Source of the DNA: Candidatus Heimdallarchaeota archaeon
Lineage (GTDB): Archaea; Asgardarchaeota; Heimdallarchaeia; Heimdallarchaeales; Heimdallarchaeaceae
Direction: 5' to 3'
NCBI GenBank assembly: GCA_030668825.1
Contig: DAOVET010000045.1
Location: 1 to 19,202, forward strand
Length of the DNA stretch: 19,202 nucleotides
Shown: positions 1 to 7,668 of the stretch, piece after piece
Layout: each line of letters starts with the position of its first letter
Numbering within the stretch: position 1 is the first letter of the stretch
Program-made: the position numbers and the translations under genes
Notes under the pieces: model-generated
Told to the model about the DNA's origin: nothing
The model's input: only the letters and a program-made list of their open reading frames with translations
Databases searched by the model: none

Positions 1-226
1 TAATTGGTAAAAGAGCCCATAAAATGCTTAAGGACCCTCTAATATTCTTAAAAATTATATTTTCAAAAATGATGAATATTAATAAAAGTGCTAACACCCA
101 GTTTTTGTTTAGAACTAAAAATCCAAATTGAATTGATATGATTACAATTCCAACTAATGGGTGAATTTGAAGTTTATCTGGTTTATACAGAAAACCATCA
201 TAAATTCTCTTTAACATAAAAGACAT
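1..226 (-). CDS. ecfT: ECF transporter transmembrane (T) component, N-terminal part; runs off the window edge
   Basis: Not in the ORF track. Manual translation from ATG at 226: MSFMLKRIYDGFLYKPDKLQIHPLVGIVIISIQFGFLVLNKNWVLALLLIFIIFENIIFKNIRGSLSILWALLPI, open to position 1. Hydrophobic, with an 'IHP' motif before TM1 as in EcfT/CbiQ. The start abuts the ATPase stop (TAGATG), with AGGAGG at 240-235. Confidence 0.75.
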   Translation of the reverse strand, partial: MSFMLKRIYDGFLYKPDKLQIHPLVGIVIISIQFGFLVLNKNWVLALLLIFIIFENIIFKNIRGSLSILWALLPI

Positions 227-1864
227 CTATTCAACCTCCTTAAGCAACAAGTTGAATTCTTTAGGATTAAGAATTCTAGGAAGAGAGATACCTGTTTCTT
301 CTTCTAGCTTTTGAATGTATCTTACAGTTTGATTAGGTATCAAATTTGTATGTTTTTCCAACTCATATAGCACTTTTCTAGGTGGTCCATCTAGACATAT
401 ATCTCCATTTTCTATAACAACCAATCTATCCAAAGATGTAACGATTCTAGGATCATTGGTTGCAAGAATGACAGTATTTCCATTTTCTTTTGCTGTTTCA
501 ACTAATTCAAGTAGAATTCTTCGACCTTTTTTGTCTAAAGCAATTGTAGGTTCATCCAACAAAATAATATCTTCTTGAAAGTAAAATGAGTTTACCAACG
601 CAAAAAGTCTCCTCTCTCCTTCACTCAAATGATAGAGCTTCCTTTTCATCAGCTTTTGCATTTTAAATTTGTTATAAATTTCTATAACTTCCTCATTATC
701 TCTAAGCTGTCTTTCCAAATCTCTTAATGGTGTAGGTCCAACTAGGAATAATTTTGCGTTTTCAGGAACATATATGCAATCTTTTTTTCCCTTTCTGACA
801 TTCTTGATTTTTCTTCCTTTTATCCATACTTCGCCTTTTCTTGCTTTTACAATTCCCAAAATGACTTTCATCAAAGTAGATTTACCACAGCCATTTATCC
901 CCATTAATCCTATAGATTCTCCTTTCTTCAATTGAAGATCTACATCTTTCAATATCCAGTCAGTTTTGTTGTTATATCTGAAATTAACATGATTCAGAGA
1001 AATGGTTGTATCACTTGGTGTTCCGTTTTCTAACTTGAGCAGCTCTGAAATATTCGCATTCCTAATTTTGGATACTATTCTTTTGGAATCTACTTGATCT
1101 TCAAGAGCAAGTACCTTTTCTTTATTTCTGAAATCTATCAAAGATAATTCTGGCGGGTCAATGTCTTCTAACAAACTTATATTATCCAAGGGATGTTCAT
1201 CACTTACTATCTTACCCTTTTTCAAAATAACTAATCTATCAGCTTTTGTCACAATATAGTCAAGACGGTGCTCAAATGCAATCACTAAATGACCATTATC
1301 AGCTAGTTTTCTTAGGAGTTCAACCAGTTTGACTTCTGTTTTTGGATCAATCCTTGCTATAGGTTCATCTAGAATAATGATAGGGGGAGCAAAGGCTAGA
1401 GCAGATGCTAAAAAGACTCTTTGCAATTCACCAGAACTTAACTCAGGAATTACTCTTCTTTGTAGTGAACTTATTTCAAGTTCAGCCAAGACTTGATTAA
1501 GTCTAGATATAATCTCTTCAGAATCAAGAGCAAGATTTTCTAATAGAAAAACAATTTCCTCCTCAACTAATAATGATATTGTAAAATCACTTGGATATTG
1601 AGGAACATATCCTAGTAAGCTAACAAGTTTTTCTCTTGTCAAATCCTTAAAGGAAATCCCATTATAAGAAATTTCACCAGAAATGTCAGCTTCAGTAAAA
1701 TTGGGGATTAAAGTCATCAGAACCTGAGCAAGTGTGCTTTTACCACTCCCGCTAGGTCCTGCAAAAACAACGAATTCTCCTTTAGATGCTTCAAAATTTA
1801 TGCATTTAAGTGCATCCTCATTGCTTGTCATGTACCTGACAGTTAAATCGTTTATTTGAAGCAT
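227..1864 (-). CDS. ECF-type ABC ATPase with two fused nucleotide-binding domains
   Basis: Two Walker A motifs (GPSGSGKS, GINGCGKS), two signature-like motifs (LSSGELQR, LSEGERR) and two Walker B motifs (IILDEP, ILLDEP). Lies between the S and T components. Confidence 0.92.
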   Translation of the reverse strand: MLQINDLTVRYMTSNEDALKCINFEASKGEFVVFAGPSGSGKSTLAQVLMTLIPNFTEADISGEISYNGISFKDLTREKLVSLLGYVPQYPSDFTISLLVEEEIVFLLENLALDSEEIISRLNQVLAELEISSLQRRVIPELSSGELQRVFLASALAFAPPIIILDEPIARIDPKTEVKLVELLRKLADNGHLVIAFEHRLDYIVTKADRLVILKKGKIVSDEHPLDNISLLEDIDPPELSLIDFRNKEKVLALEDQVDSKRIVSKIRNANISELLKLENGTPSDTTISLNHVNFRYNNKTDWILKDVDLQLKKGESIGLMGINGCGKSTLMKVILGIVKARKGEVWIKGRKIKNVRKGKKDCIYVPENAKLFLVGPTPLRDLERQLRDNEEVIEIYNKFKMQKLMKRKLYHLSEGERRLFALVNSFYFQEDIILLDEPTIALDKKGRRILLELVETAKENGNTVILATNDPRIVTSLDRLVVIENGDICLDGPPRKVLYELEKHTNLIPNQTVRYIQKLEEETGISLPRILNPKEFNLLLKEVE

Positions 1865-1876
1865 TATTACACCAAA

Positions 1877-2677
1877 TTAATCTGACTCCGTCTCTGGAAC
1901 CTCTTCCTCAGCAATTGTTATCTTTTCATATCGTTTTAATATTCCAAGTTCACTAAGATAGGATACTATAGGAATAGCAATAGCTGCACTCAGAACAACT
2001 TGAGCAATATTGAATGGAATTTCTGATACAGCAGCTACAAGTAAATATTTTAGAACCACTGTTTCATAGAAGAAGTAACCTAAAACCATCAGTGATCCTC
2101 CTGTTATGCAAGATAAAGCCATTTCCCCTCTTTCTTTTAGGAAGAAGAGAACAAGTCCAATTACAATACTTAGGAATAATGCAATTATTAGAAAAGCGTA
2201 TCCTGGAACAGTAACTGAAAATTCTTTACTACCATAAAAAGCCATTCCAAATACAAAATCTTGATTGACATAAAACGCAGAAAAACCTATTAGAATTCCA
2301 CATAAAACACCCATAAAAAGGTACCTGATCCACTTTTTTAATCGGCGGCTATAGTGGAAAATTACTCCTACAACAAATCCTTCGATCCCTTTGATGATTA
2401 ATGTACCGGGAGCAAAAACCCCATAACCTAAAGCTATATCAGCTAACATCGCTCCCATTCCTCCTGCAATTGCTCCTGTAATTGGTCCTCCGATTAGAGC
2501 AGCTAAATAAACAAATATTTCCCCAATATTAAAGAATCCATTAGAAGTGGGTATAGCTATAAAGAAGATTGACGTAGAAAGAAAAACCAATCCTGTAAAT
2601 GTGACAATTAATGCTAAATTTCTTATTGAATTTACTTCACCAATTAGACTTTTACGTAAACTTACTTCTTGCTCCAT
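1877..2677 (-). CDS. ECF transporter substrate-binding S component (resembles PdxU/HmpT-like vitamin S components; substrate unproven)
   Basis: Motif FNIGEIFVYLAALIGGPITGAIAGGMGAMLADIALGYGVFAPGTLIIKGIEG and C-terminal EIPFNIAQ are typical of this S-component group. First gene of the S-AA'-T operon. Confidence 0.88.
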   Translation of the reverse strand: MEQEVSLRKSLIGEVNSIRNLALIVTFTGLVFLSTSIFFIAIPTSNGFFNIGEIFVYLAALIGGPITGAIAGGMGAMLADIALGYGVFAPGTLIIKGIEGFVVGVIFHYSRRLKKWIRYLFMGVLCGILIGFSAFYVNQDFVFGMAFYGSKEFSVTVPGYAFLIIALFLSIVIGLVLFFLKERGEMALSCITGGSLMVLGYFFYETVVLKYLLVAAVSEIPFNIAQVVLSAAIAIPIVSYLSELGILKRYEKITIAEEEVPETESD

Positions 2678-2699
2678 TCACAACACATCTTTTGGTTTG

Positions 2700-2717
2700 T
2701 TCAAGTTACAACTTGAA
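2700..2717. promoter_or_regulatory. Perfect palindrome TTCAAGTT-AC-AACTTGAA, candidate operator of the ECF operon
   Basis: 8-bp perfect inverted arms (2700-2707, 2710-2717) lying between the TATA-like box (2730-2723) and the S-component ATG (2677). Confidence 0.65.
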
Positions 2718-2722
2718 TAACT

Positions 2723-2737
2723 TATTATAACTTTTTT
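2723..2737 (-). promoter_or_regulatory. Archaeal BRE/TATA promoter of the ECF operon
   Basis: Minus strand reads AAAAAAG-TTATAATA (purine-rich BRE plus TATA-like box), about 45 nt upstream of the ATG. Confidence 0.6.
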
Positions 2738-2762
2738 GGTCTCTATATCGTTACAAGATATT

Positions 2763-4106
2763 TCAGAGAAAATCTATTAAATCTCTCATTTTTTCTAAGG
2801 TTTCAAATCCTTTCTTTGTTACTTTGAACTCCTTAATTTTGGTGTCTTGTTTAGATAATACTATCAATCCTTTCTCTTGAAGTTCATTTAGATGCTGATA
2901 AATAGATTGTTTAGATTTAGCTCTCCCTAAGGATTCCCACAGAGAAATTCCATAAGTCGCTTTACCTTCTGAAATGAGATTCAATATTTCAAATTTAGTT
3001 GTAGAACTTTCAGATAATCCCCAGACAACTTTTCTTCTATCTCTCAATTGAGTAGCATAAATATTGAGTGCATTAAAACCAGATCCAGAAAGAATCGCAA
3101 CACTATGTTGGGGATTTATTTCTTTTTCCTTAATCAACTTATCAGCAGCTGCTAAAACAGAAGCTGAAGCTGGTTCAATAAATAATCCCTCCTTTCTTGA
3201 AAGATTCAAAGCTTCCTCAATCATCTGTTGAGCATCAATTTCTATCTCTTTTCCTTTAGAAAACTTAATTGTCTCTCGTACTTCCTCTAAAAGAAAAGGT
3301 TGCTCTATTTCTAAGGATTCAGCCATGTAAGCACTCTTTGTTTTTTCTAAAGATATTGCATAGATTCTTGGGAGTTCTTCTATCCATCCTGAAGCAAGTG
3401 CATCTTCCAGACCTCTATAGATTGAATATATAAGAGATCCAGATCCTCTAGGTATAATTAATGCATCAAAAAACTCTTTTTGTAAAGCTATTTCTAAGCC
3501 CAAGGTTTTTTGACCTTCGATAGCTAAAATGTTGTTTTCAGGAGTTGCTAAATAGGTATTTGCTTCATTACTAAGCCTTTTTGCTTCAGCAATAGATTCT
3601 TCAACAGAATCGCCCATTTCGATTACTTTACTACCATAAATCTTCATTTGTTCAATTTTAGAAAGTTCTAAATTCTGAGGAATTACATTTTGAGATTTTA
3701 TTCCAGCTTTTGCTGCATAAGCAGATAAACTGATGCTAAAAGAACCTGTACTTGCACCAACTACTTGAGAGCTTTTGTTCTTAACAGCGTCTGAAATTAT
3801 CAAAGAACTAGCTCTATCTCTAAAGGATCCAGTAGGATTTCTGAATTCTAGTTTCAAACTTAATTCTAGAAGATTCCTTAGATTCTTAACCTTTAGAAGT
3901 GGTGTGTTTCCCTCATGTAAGGAAATAGGATTAGAATAATCTGGAAGAAAATCTCTTAATGACCACATAGATGTGAGAGTAATATTAGATTTAGAGGGAC
4001 CTTGAATTGGAGTAATAGATATGAGATTATTACATATAGAACAACGTAATGAATTACCTATACGCAAACTTCCACACTTTTGACAAATGTTCTGTTCTCT
4101 CTGCAT
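2763..4106 (-). CDS. Threonine-synthase-like (PLP fold type II) protein with N-terminal zinc ribbon, degenerate active site and C-terminal PadR/ArsR-like winged-helix domain; putative transcription regulator
   Basis: CQKC..CSIC ribbon. ThrC-like motifs SLHEGNTPL, KLEFRNPTGSFRDR, EGQKT and EGLFIEPASA. C-terminal FEILNLISEGKATYGISLWESL..SKQSIYQHLNELQEKGLI..FKVTKKG is a wHTH pattern. Confidence 0.85.
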   Translation of the reverse strand: MQREQNICQKCGSLRIGNSLRCSICNNLISITPIQGPSKSNITLTSMWSLRDFLPDYSNPISLHEGNTPLLKVKNLRNLLELSLKLEFRNPTGSFRDRASSLIISDAVKNKSSQVVGASTGSFSISLSAYAAKAGIKSQNVIPQNLELSKIEQMKIYGSKVIEMGDSVEESIAEAKRLSNEANTYLATPENNILAIEGQKTLGLEIALQKEFFDALIIPRGSGSLIYSIYRGLEDALASGWIEELPRIYAISLEKTKSAYMAESLEIEQPFLLEEVRETIKFSKGKEIEIDAQQMIEEALNLSRKEGLFIEPASASVLAAADKLIKEKEINPQHSVAILSGSGFNALNIYATQLRDRRKVVWGLSESSTTKFEILNLISEGKATYGISLWESLGRAKSKQSIYQHLNELQEKGLIVLSKQDTKIKEFKVTKKGFETLEKMRDLIDFL

Positions 4107-4128
4107 CTAAAAATACTAGGTAAAAATC

Positions 4129-4138
4129 TATTATAACT
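4129..4138 (-). promoter_or_regulatory. TATA-like box of the ThrC-like regulator gene (probably leaderless transcript)
   Basis: Minus strand AGTTATAATA ends 22 nt before the ATG at 4106. No SD motif is evident. The same 10-mer occurs at 2732-2723. Confidence 0.5.
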
Positions 4139-4154
4139 CTATGGTATATGCTCT

Positions 4155-4349
4155 TCAGACAATCCCTGAAGGTTCTTCATCTTTGTCTATTAATATCTCG
4201 CATGAGCATAGATCATCAAAAATTGATTCAATTTGAAGAGATAAAGGATCCTCAAAATCTAAAAAAAAGTTCATGTCTTTCTTTTCTAAGCTGTTGAATA
4301 ACTGTATGAGAATAGCTCTTTCTTGCTTTGAATTCACTACAATGTGCAT
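4155..4349 (-). CDS. Small acidic hypothetical protein (64 aa)
   Basis: ATG-start ORF filling an otherwise empty intergenic gap. Plausible composition, no recognisable motif. Confidence 0.45.
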   Translation of the reverse strand: MHIVVNSKQERAILIQLFNSLEKKDMNFFLDFEDPLSLQIESIFDDLCSCEILIDKDEEPSGIV

Positions 4350-4473
4350 AGCTTCATTGTACTTTTATTAAACAAAAATCTTTCTGAAAACAAAACAAAC
4401 GGATAGAAAGTAAATAATTTTCTTTTGTCAGTCCCATCAGATTTAAAAATCATATAAACGAAAGTCACTTGTA

Positions 4474-4920
4474 ATGATTCAAGCTGTTTACATCATCTCA
4501 AGAACGGGTGTTCCTCTATATTTTATGGAAAGGATACCAGAAGAAGATGATGTAACTAAAATTACTTTATTTTCTGGAGTAATTTCTGCAATACGAGCAG
4601 CTTTGCTTGAAATAGATGCTGGGGATGCAAATTACTTTACAACTCAAACCCATGAAGTCTATATAGAAGCTACCACCGATTTTGCTGTAGCTCTTGTAAA
4701 AGATATAAATGATAAATTTGAGTCAGAAGCAATTGATGCAATGATTGCAGAAGTGATAACACAGATTACTTTTAATTTTGAAGAACTTCCAGAAGCAGGG
4801 ATACTAAATGCAGAGGAAGAAGAAAAGATGACTAATATTATTGATGATCTCATGATAAAATGGGATGAATCAGTTAAAGATAGCTCAGCTCTAAAGAAAA
4901 TAAAAGAATCATTTTGGTGA
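4474..4920 (+). CDS. Stand-alone longin-like domain protein (Asgard-type eukaryotic signature protein)
   Basis: N-terminal beta-hairpin MIQAVYIISRTGVPLY, then helix LFSGVISAI, three short strands and C-terminal helices, matching the longin pattern. Pattern recognition only. Confidence 0.7.
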   Translation: MIQAVYIISRTGVPLYFMERIPEEDDVTKITLFSGVISAIRAALLEIDAGDANYFTTQTHEVYIEATTDFAVALVKDINDKFESEAIDAMIAEVITQITFNFEELPEAGILNAEEEEKMTNIIDDLMIKWDESVKDSSALKKIKESFW

Positions 4921-5151
4921 ACCCAATGATTTGGATATCAATTAGTAATGAAATACCCATATTAGCAATAATTATAGACTTTGTGGATATTTGGGATACT
5001 TATTCCCAGATTGGTTAAAAAAGCTATTAAAACTTGGTGGAAACTAGTTCCAAACTCTTTTTCTAATTTTCTTTAATGAACAGTGTTGATTTATAGAAAA
5101 TATTTTATAGGAGTGCTATCAGAGCTTACTAAATTAGAGTAGTGAGAAATT

Positions 5152-6864
5152 ATGCCAGAAAAGATATGGAGCTATTGTGAAGGAATTCCTGATAAGATAG
5201 AAGTACCACTAACCAGCGTAGTAGAAATGTTTTGGAAAACAGCTGAAAAGTTTCCTAATAGAGATCTAACAGAATTTAAGGGAAAATATAAGAAATATTC
5301 AGAGATGGAAGAAGAAGTGAATAGGTTCGCAAATTCTCTTAAAGATTTAGGAGTTGAAAAAGGAGACAGAGTAGCTTGTTTGATGCCAAATTGCCCACAA
5401 TATATTGTGGTATTTTTCGCAACAAATGCATTAGGGGCTATATTTACAGCCATAAGCTCCCTGTATACTCAAAAGGAAATAAGATATCAATTACAAGATA
5501 GTGAAGCAAAAGTTATAGTTACACTTGATCTTTTTCTAGATAAAATAAGAGAAGTACAAGATGATACCAAACTTGAGCATGTCATAGTATCTTCAGTAGG
5601 AGATGAGTTGCCAGGAATTACAGCTTTTTTGTATAAGAATGTAATTGCAAGGAAAAATCCTAAAGTAATAAATGAACTGGTTTACAAAGATCTTCTTAAG
5701 AAAGGAGAAAATAAGAGAATAGAAACAAAAATTAATGTGAAAGAAGATGTAGCATTGCTCCAATATACCGGAGGAACTACAGGAATCATGAAGGGTGCCA
5801 TGCTCACAAATTACAATCTTATGTCTCAAGCTACCATTTTACCTTATTGGGACTTATGGTTACCATCCCGACCTGAAGGTCAGTATAGAATATCTGGTTG
5901 TCTTCCCATGTCCCATATCTTTGGATTTTCTACTTCTTTTCTCTGGACCATAGCAGTTGGAGGATTACTTTATCTCATTCCCGATCCAAGGCAACTTGAG
6001 GAAGTTATGCAGAGCGTATCTAAGCACAAGATTCATTTCATGTTTGCAGTTCCTATTCTTTATCAAAAAATAGCTGAACATCCTAATATAGCCAAATATG
6101 ACCTTTCGTCCCTTTACATGTGTATTTCTGGTGGTGAAGGTCTTCCACAATCAACTTGTGAGAAGTTTGAAGAAGCTTGTAAAGGATTATTAATTGAAGG
6201 ATATGGACTTAGTGAAAGTTCGCCGGTAACTCATGTCAATCCTGGAAATAAGGACCTACGTAAGCTTAATGCTATAGGTATTCCAATTCCTAACACTTTA
6301 GCAATGATTGTTGATCTTGATACCCAAGAAGAAATCAGTGAATATGGTAAGGAAGGAGAACTTTGGATCCGTAGTCCTAGTGTCATGAAAGGATACTGGA
6401 ACAACAAAGAAGCTTCAGATGCAGTTCTGGTTAAGGGTTGGTTAAGAACTGGCGACATTGCTACGATGGATGAAAAAGGTTTCTTCTCAGTTGTAGACAG
6501 AGCAAAAGATATGATTATCGTGTCTGGTTACAAAGTTTGGCCTAGTGATGTTGAAGAAGTTCTTTATGCACATCCCGATATCAATATGGCTGGAGTCGTT
6601 CAAGTCAAAGATGGAAATACTGAGAAAGTTAAAGCATTTCTAGTTGCTGAACCAGGATCTAAAGAATTATCTCGTGATGAAATCAAAGCTTACAGCGAAG
6701 ATAAATTAGCCCCTTACAAGATACCAACAATTATTGAGTATAAGGAAGATTTACCAAGAACTGCTGTTGGAAAAGTCTCCCGAAAAGATTTACGACAAAG
6801 TGATGCAGCTGCTAGAAGTACTACTAAAGCTCCTGTTGTTCAAAAAGAAGTCATTAAGAAATAG
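5152..6864 (+). CDS. fadD: Long-chain-fatty-acid--CoA ligase (ANL adenylate-forming family)
   Basis: AMP-binding motif LQYTGGTTGIMKG, plus EGYGLSESSP, GWLRTGDIA, DRAKDMIIVSGYKVWP and LPRTAVGKV. Confidence 0.92.
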   Translation: MPEKIWSYCEGIPDKIEVPLTSVVEMFWKTAEKFPNRDLTEFKGKYKKYSEMEEEVNRFANSLKDLGVEKGDRVACLMPNCPQYIVVFFATNALGAIFTAISSLYTQKEIRYQLQDSEAKVIVTLDLFLDKIREVQDDTKLEHVIVSSVGDELPGITAFLYKNVIARKNPKVINELVYKDLLKKGENKRIETKINVKEDVALLQYTGGTTGIMKGAMLTNYNLMSQATILPYWDLWLPSRPEGQYRISGCLPMSHIFGFSTSFLWTIAVGGLLYLIPDPRQLEEVMQSVSKHKIHFMFAVPILYQKIAEHPNIAKYDLSSLYMCISGGEGLPQSTCEKFEEACKGLLIEGYGLSESSPVTHVNPGNKDLRKLNAIGIPIPNTLAMIVDLDTQEEISEYGKEGELWIRSPSVMKGYWNNKEASDAVLVKGWLRTGDIATMDEKGFFSVVDRAKDMIIVSGYKVWPSDVEEVLYAHPDINMAGVVQVKDGNTEKVKAFLVAEPGSKELSRDEIKAYSEDKLAPYKIPTIIEYKEDLPRTAVGKVSRKDLRQSDAAARSTTKAPVVQKEVIKK

Positions 6865-6874
6865 TTGAGTTTAT

Positions 6875-7570
6875 TTAAGAATCCAATATCTCTTCTATCC
6901 TCTTTCTATCTTTTTCTTCTAGAAGATCAAGTCCCTTAATATTTTTCTTCTCAAATCTTTGAAGGAATATACATCTCTCATGATGCCATCGATAGTTTAA
7001 ATGATCTTCAAAATAATGAGGTTCGCCTATTCTTACAGTATCCTTCTCAATATTTGAACCACACTTTCTGCATTTGGCACGACTGCTTTTCGCATATTCA
7101 ATTTTCCACTTCTCTTCTCGATCATACATTATAGGTTTGAAGTCTTGATTTTCCATGATAGAATTAATAATCTCATGGGGATTCCCTCCTCCTAACGCAT
7201 TTTTGTCTATCTTCAAGTGGAATGTATCGCGATTGGACAGAATGAAAGCTAGTTGTGCGGGTTTATCAATAATAAGCTTTTTCTCTACCATAATTTTAGG
7301 AGGTAATTTTTCGAAATCAATAATGTATTTTGCACAAGCTTTAGACATCAGTTTACTTAGTTCTCTTTTATTCATTGGTTGAAGCTTATTGCCATCAATT
7401 ATTCCATAAGTGGTCTGAATGACTGTTCTATCTATGTCATCTATGTATTCACGTTCTTTGAAAACAACAAAGGATTTATCTGGAACTTCATCAGTAATTT
7501 CTACAATTTGAAACGAATCAGGATCAACAAAATGACCCCATTCATTATCGGAATCAAGATTAATCTTCAT
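6875..7570 (-). CDS. Protein with unknown N-terminal domain and C-terminal PARP-type zinc finger (zf-PARP)
   Basis: IEYAKSSRAKCRKC..IEKDTVRIG..RWHHERC (C167, C170, H197, C200) followed by IKGLDLLEEKDRKRI, closely matching the PARP1/DNA ligase III finger consensus. Confidence 0.88.
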   Translation of the reverse strand: MKINLDSDNEWGHFVDPDSFQIVEITDEVPDKSFVVFKEREYIDDIDRTVIQTTYGIIDGNKLQPMNKRELSKLMSKACAKYIIDFEKLPPKIMVEKKLIIDKPAQLAFILSNRDTFHLKIDKNALGGGNPHEIINSIMENQDFKPIMYDREEKWKIEYAKSSRAKCRKCGSNIEKDTVRIGEPHYFEDHLNYRWHHERCIFLQRFEKKNIKGLDLLEEKDRKRIEEILDS

Positions 7571-7668
7571 CTTCTATCATCTATTAGCTATGACTAGCAT
7601 ATTATTTAATTTTTCTACAAATAAGATGTAGAAAAATCCAACTTTGATCTATTTAGTGAAAATTGGTC

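Noticed and set aside
2763-4106. Annotation as functional threonine synthase (thrC)
   Set aside because: The catalytic Lys is Arg, other PLP motifs are altered, and there is a wHTH fusion.
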